Shown one piece after another: positions 60,739 to 64,000 of a stretch of 64,000 bases of DNA; positions within the stretch are counted from its first letter, which is position 1, and the number at the start of each line of letters is the position of its first letter. The position numbers and the translations under genes were made by a program. The stretch is from Blasia pusilla (lineage: Eukaryota). The stretch lies in contig CM114271.1 in NCBI GenBank assembly GCA_050084515.1, positions 28,706,001 through 28,770,000 of the forward strand, given 5' to 3'. Below the pieces are notes generated by a model, which worked only from the letters and a program-made list of their open reading frames with translations, was not told the DNA's origin and did no database searches.

Positions 60739-61912
60739 TGCAACTTCTCGGAACCCGACGGGTTGGAAGTAGGAGGCATCCTAGGAATGTCTATGTGCAA
60801 CCCGTCCCATTCTAATGGGTTGCAACACCCAAGAACCTCCTACTGCAACCCGTCAAAATCGGGCGGGTTGCAAGTAGGAGGCCAATGTGTCCTAGAAAAT
60901 CCATGTGCAACCCGTCGGATTCTAACGGGTTGCATAACACAGGAGCCTCCTATTGCAGTTGGACCAAATCCGACGGGTTGCAAGTAGGAGGAAATTTTTC
61001 CCTGCAATTTGTGTGTGCAACTCGTTGTAGTCTGATGGGTTGGAAGAAAAAAATTCCCCAAATTTCGGACTTTCAACCCGTCAGATTGTGAAAGGCTGCA
61101 AGAAGTGTCAACAAGGCAAAACTTGCAACCTGTCAGAATCCGATGGGTTGCAGACAAGTGCAACTTGCAACTAGTTGGAATCCGACAGTTTGCTGACTGA
61201 GTAAACTTGCACACTTGGAACTTGCAACCCGACGGGATCATATGGGTTGTAGACAGATGCACCTTGCAACCCGTCGGAAACCGACGATTTGCAGACTTAG
61301 TATACTTGCACACTTGGAACTTGCAAACCGTCGGGATCCGACGGGTTGCAGACTGATGCTCTCCTTTTCAGCCCTTTATGATTTCTTGATGGGATTCAAC
61401 CGGTCGGATTATGATAAGTTGCATGTCCAAATTGACTATTGTGAATTTTTGGGATCCTTCCCTCTATAACTTTTTTCGTACCTAGGTTATGTCATGCGTT
61501 AAAACTCTGTTGAACAAGATAAGTCTGCATAGTACTTTAATCCTTATGAATCCTAATCCTATCATGCAACCTCTCAAAATCCAACATGTTACAAGTCCGG
61601 ATTATTGGCTGGTTGCAAGTCCGGATGATTTCTTGTTATTGCAACCTGTCGGTTTCCGATGGGTTGCTTGTCTGCAGGCAGCATGTGGATGTCTTCTTCT
61701 GAGCCCTTTCAACCTTTCGGTTTCCGACAAGTTGCACGTACCGAGTACTCACTTATGTGAATTTCAGATTTAAAATTTTGCGAACCTACCAAGGTTATGT
61801 CACGATTAACAACAATTTTGAAACATGAAATGTCTAGATAATTTGTTCTTTTATTGTTTCCAAGTCCGGGTGATTGACAATAGTCGCAACCTGTCGATTT
61901 CCGACAGGTTGC
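60739..61912. repeat. Dense cluster of TGCAACCCGTCGGANTCCGACGGGTTGCA palindromes
   Basis: Copies at about 60739, 60796, 60844, 60906, 61222, 61265, 61322, 61640 and 61886, among others. Confidence 0.9.
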
Positions 61913-62645
61913 TCAAACGAGAAGCCACCAACTCATAAGAGAAAAGGTCTACAATTTTCCCCCAGGATTTTTCATGGATTTGTGCTTCGAGGGAGAGAAA
62001 AGTCCCCGGCATTGAGAAAGACTCTTATGAAGCTCTGCTCGAGAATCATTAACTTAATCCTAGATCTGGTGAGGGTTTCAAGGTCGAGTGTTAGAGCCGT
62101 TTGGTAGAGTGGAAGAAACATTCTTCCACTCGAGGGGAAGAGGAGGCAACTATTTGCACTTTGCGAAGAGACGCCAACTCATATGAGTTGGCGACCTATG
62201 CCAATTTCGGCAAGTATGTTGCCACAAATCATCTTTACTTTTACTTTGCCGATCATTTTTCATCTTCCCTGTTTTGCCCTACAATACTGAAATTCCACCT
62301 AAAAATTTGCTGATGATGGGGGGTTGGTCTCTCTTGCACTTTCATGACTGATCATTGATGTTTTTATTTCCATCTTCACATCTTGGTTTGAAAGAATGTG
62401 GTGCACTTTTTACTCTCTTTAAAAGCTTTCTTGCATTTGAAGTAGGGGTTAAACCTTAAAAAGTGATGAAAGTTTTGAAGTGAGTTTAAGGATTTGGCAA
62501 AAAAAATTTGAAGAGAGACTTTCCTCTCTCCCTCTCTTACTCTCCTCTCTTACTCTCTCCTGCCAGAATACCAGACCCCAGAGCTTTGCAACCTGTGAAA
62601 TTCTGATGGGTTGGAGAGAGATTTGTTTTTTTGAGCCTTGTTTGC

Positions 62646-64000
62646 GAGGCGCGATAAGAGGAGAGCAAGAGAGTAAGAGCGGAGAGAGGAAGAGAGGAAA
62701 GAGGAAACTACCTTCAACCCAAAGAGATATTTTTTTTAAGAGAGTTTCCTGTGATTTGGAGAGAATTTCCGTTGGGTTGAAGAGAGGAAACTTTTTGTGT
62801 GAATTTTTTTGCACTTTTCTTCTTAGTAAATGGTAAGTGGTAAATGGTGCTTAGGCACTCCCACAAATTTTTTTTTCCTCTTCCATATTTTGGCAACCTG
62901 TCTCAATCCGACGGGTTGCAACTTGCACAAAATTTTAAAACCTGAAAAATCATTGGAATCATAAATGTGGAACAAATCACTTTTTCCATCCAAGATCTGG
63001 AAAAATTCTATCATTTTCCCTTGGCTGAATAGAGTTCAAGCTCAAAGTGAAGGTTCTCGCAAATGAAAGTGCAATCTAAGACCTCATTTTGCATCCTCAA
63101 AGTGGTTTGTTTAAAATACTTCGCACTTTTTTTAGGGACAGAATTGGTTGGTGGATTCCTACTTCTACCTCTGACTCTCTTAAAACTACAAGCAACACAT
63201 AGTACATGTGCTTACATGGGAAATACCTTTCCCCACTTGTCTCTCTTTGGACAAAGTCATCACATGAACATGTGAGAAAGCAACAGATGTGCACCACATA
63301 CACCCCTTTGACACTTGAATTTACAATGTTGTTCCTGACCCAATACATCCTTCCTATTCCATTGCCACTCTAAATGTCTTTTGTGGCTATGATTTCCATG
63401 TTTTCCTCCCGAGCTGATGCGATTCGCTTTGCTCTCTCCACCGTTGGCCTATACATTATGTTTCTTTTCACCTCATTTCTAGACTCAAACAAAAATAGTG
63501 GATTGAGATCATCCACCTTCTTCGGGTACATGTTGACATCAATCTTGGTGAATCCAAAATCCAAAGGTCTCTGTAATGCGAACATGCTCCGAACTGCCTT
63601 CGTCTATGAGTCTGAAACCGGCACTTGTAAGATTGTCCACTTCGTCCTAAGTGCAATTCGTACCTGCAGCAATGGGCCAAATCGTGGGGATATTCCCTGG
63701 AGCTCCAATGGCATCCGGATAAGACTTTTGGATTGCGCAGGATTTATTTGGGCAGAAGAAGTACTTCAATTGATCCTCGGTCCTAGTGAAACGGTCAAAG
63801 GTTTTGAGCCCCTAGAAGCCAGACAATTATCGTCCAGTCCTTGTACAGTTCCTATTTAGGAAAGTGCCGCATGCTCTCCTAATGCCATCAGATCCTCCCT
63901 TGCAAGTGGATCCACGTCCAGGGTTGCTTCGAGATATATGCCACCTTTTGAGGTTGCAATCCACCTCAATTATCGGAATCCCATACTGTTAAACTACCCC
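62646..64000 (-). mobile_element. Third Mutator-like copy: right end and SWIM/transposase 3' part, running off the window
   Basis: GAGGCGCG terminus at 62646; SWIM ORF 63097-63348; colinear with 14005-15324. Confidence 0.85.

Larger units (their letters stand above)
56547..62579 (-). mobile_element. Second Mutator-like copy, inverted and internally deleted
   Basis: Right end at 56547; SWIM 56955-57257; transposase pieces to about 60660; palindrome-rich intron; MTase 3' remnant REKSPALRKTLMKLCSR...LILDLV on + at about 61990-62170; left end at 62579. Interrupted by LINE D, a ~335-bp unidentified insert (about 60065-60400) and a LINE stub (60699-60734). Confidence 0.75.

Overview
Eukaryotic, TE-dense plant-type genomic DNA (streptophyte by inference; species not determinable from this window). 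There are two intron-containing host genes: a DUF2045/KIAA0930-like gene (24788-31003) and a multi-ubiquitin-like-domain gene (52125-54840). The rest is mostly nested, decayed mobile DNA. (1) A ~14 kb Mutator-like DNA transposon region (939-15324, with further copies at 457-619, 15650-16380, 56547-62579 and 62646->64000). It encodes a spliced DDE/SWIM transposase and, divergently, a spliced ParB-like + beta-class N4C/N6A DNA-methyltransferase-like protein. Its introns and intergenic DNA, but not its exons, carry dozens of copies of a 29-bp palindrome. (2) A Ty3/gypsy family with a complete DNMT3-like C5 methyltransferase domain between protease and RT, and a PHD finger after integrase. (3) Four copies and several stubs of an RTEX-like LINE with an (ATTTACC)n tail. 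All TE ORFs here are disrupted. All domain calls come from motif recognition by eye, with no database search.
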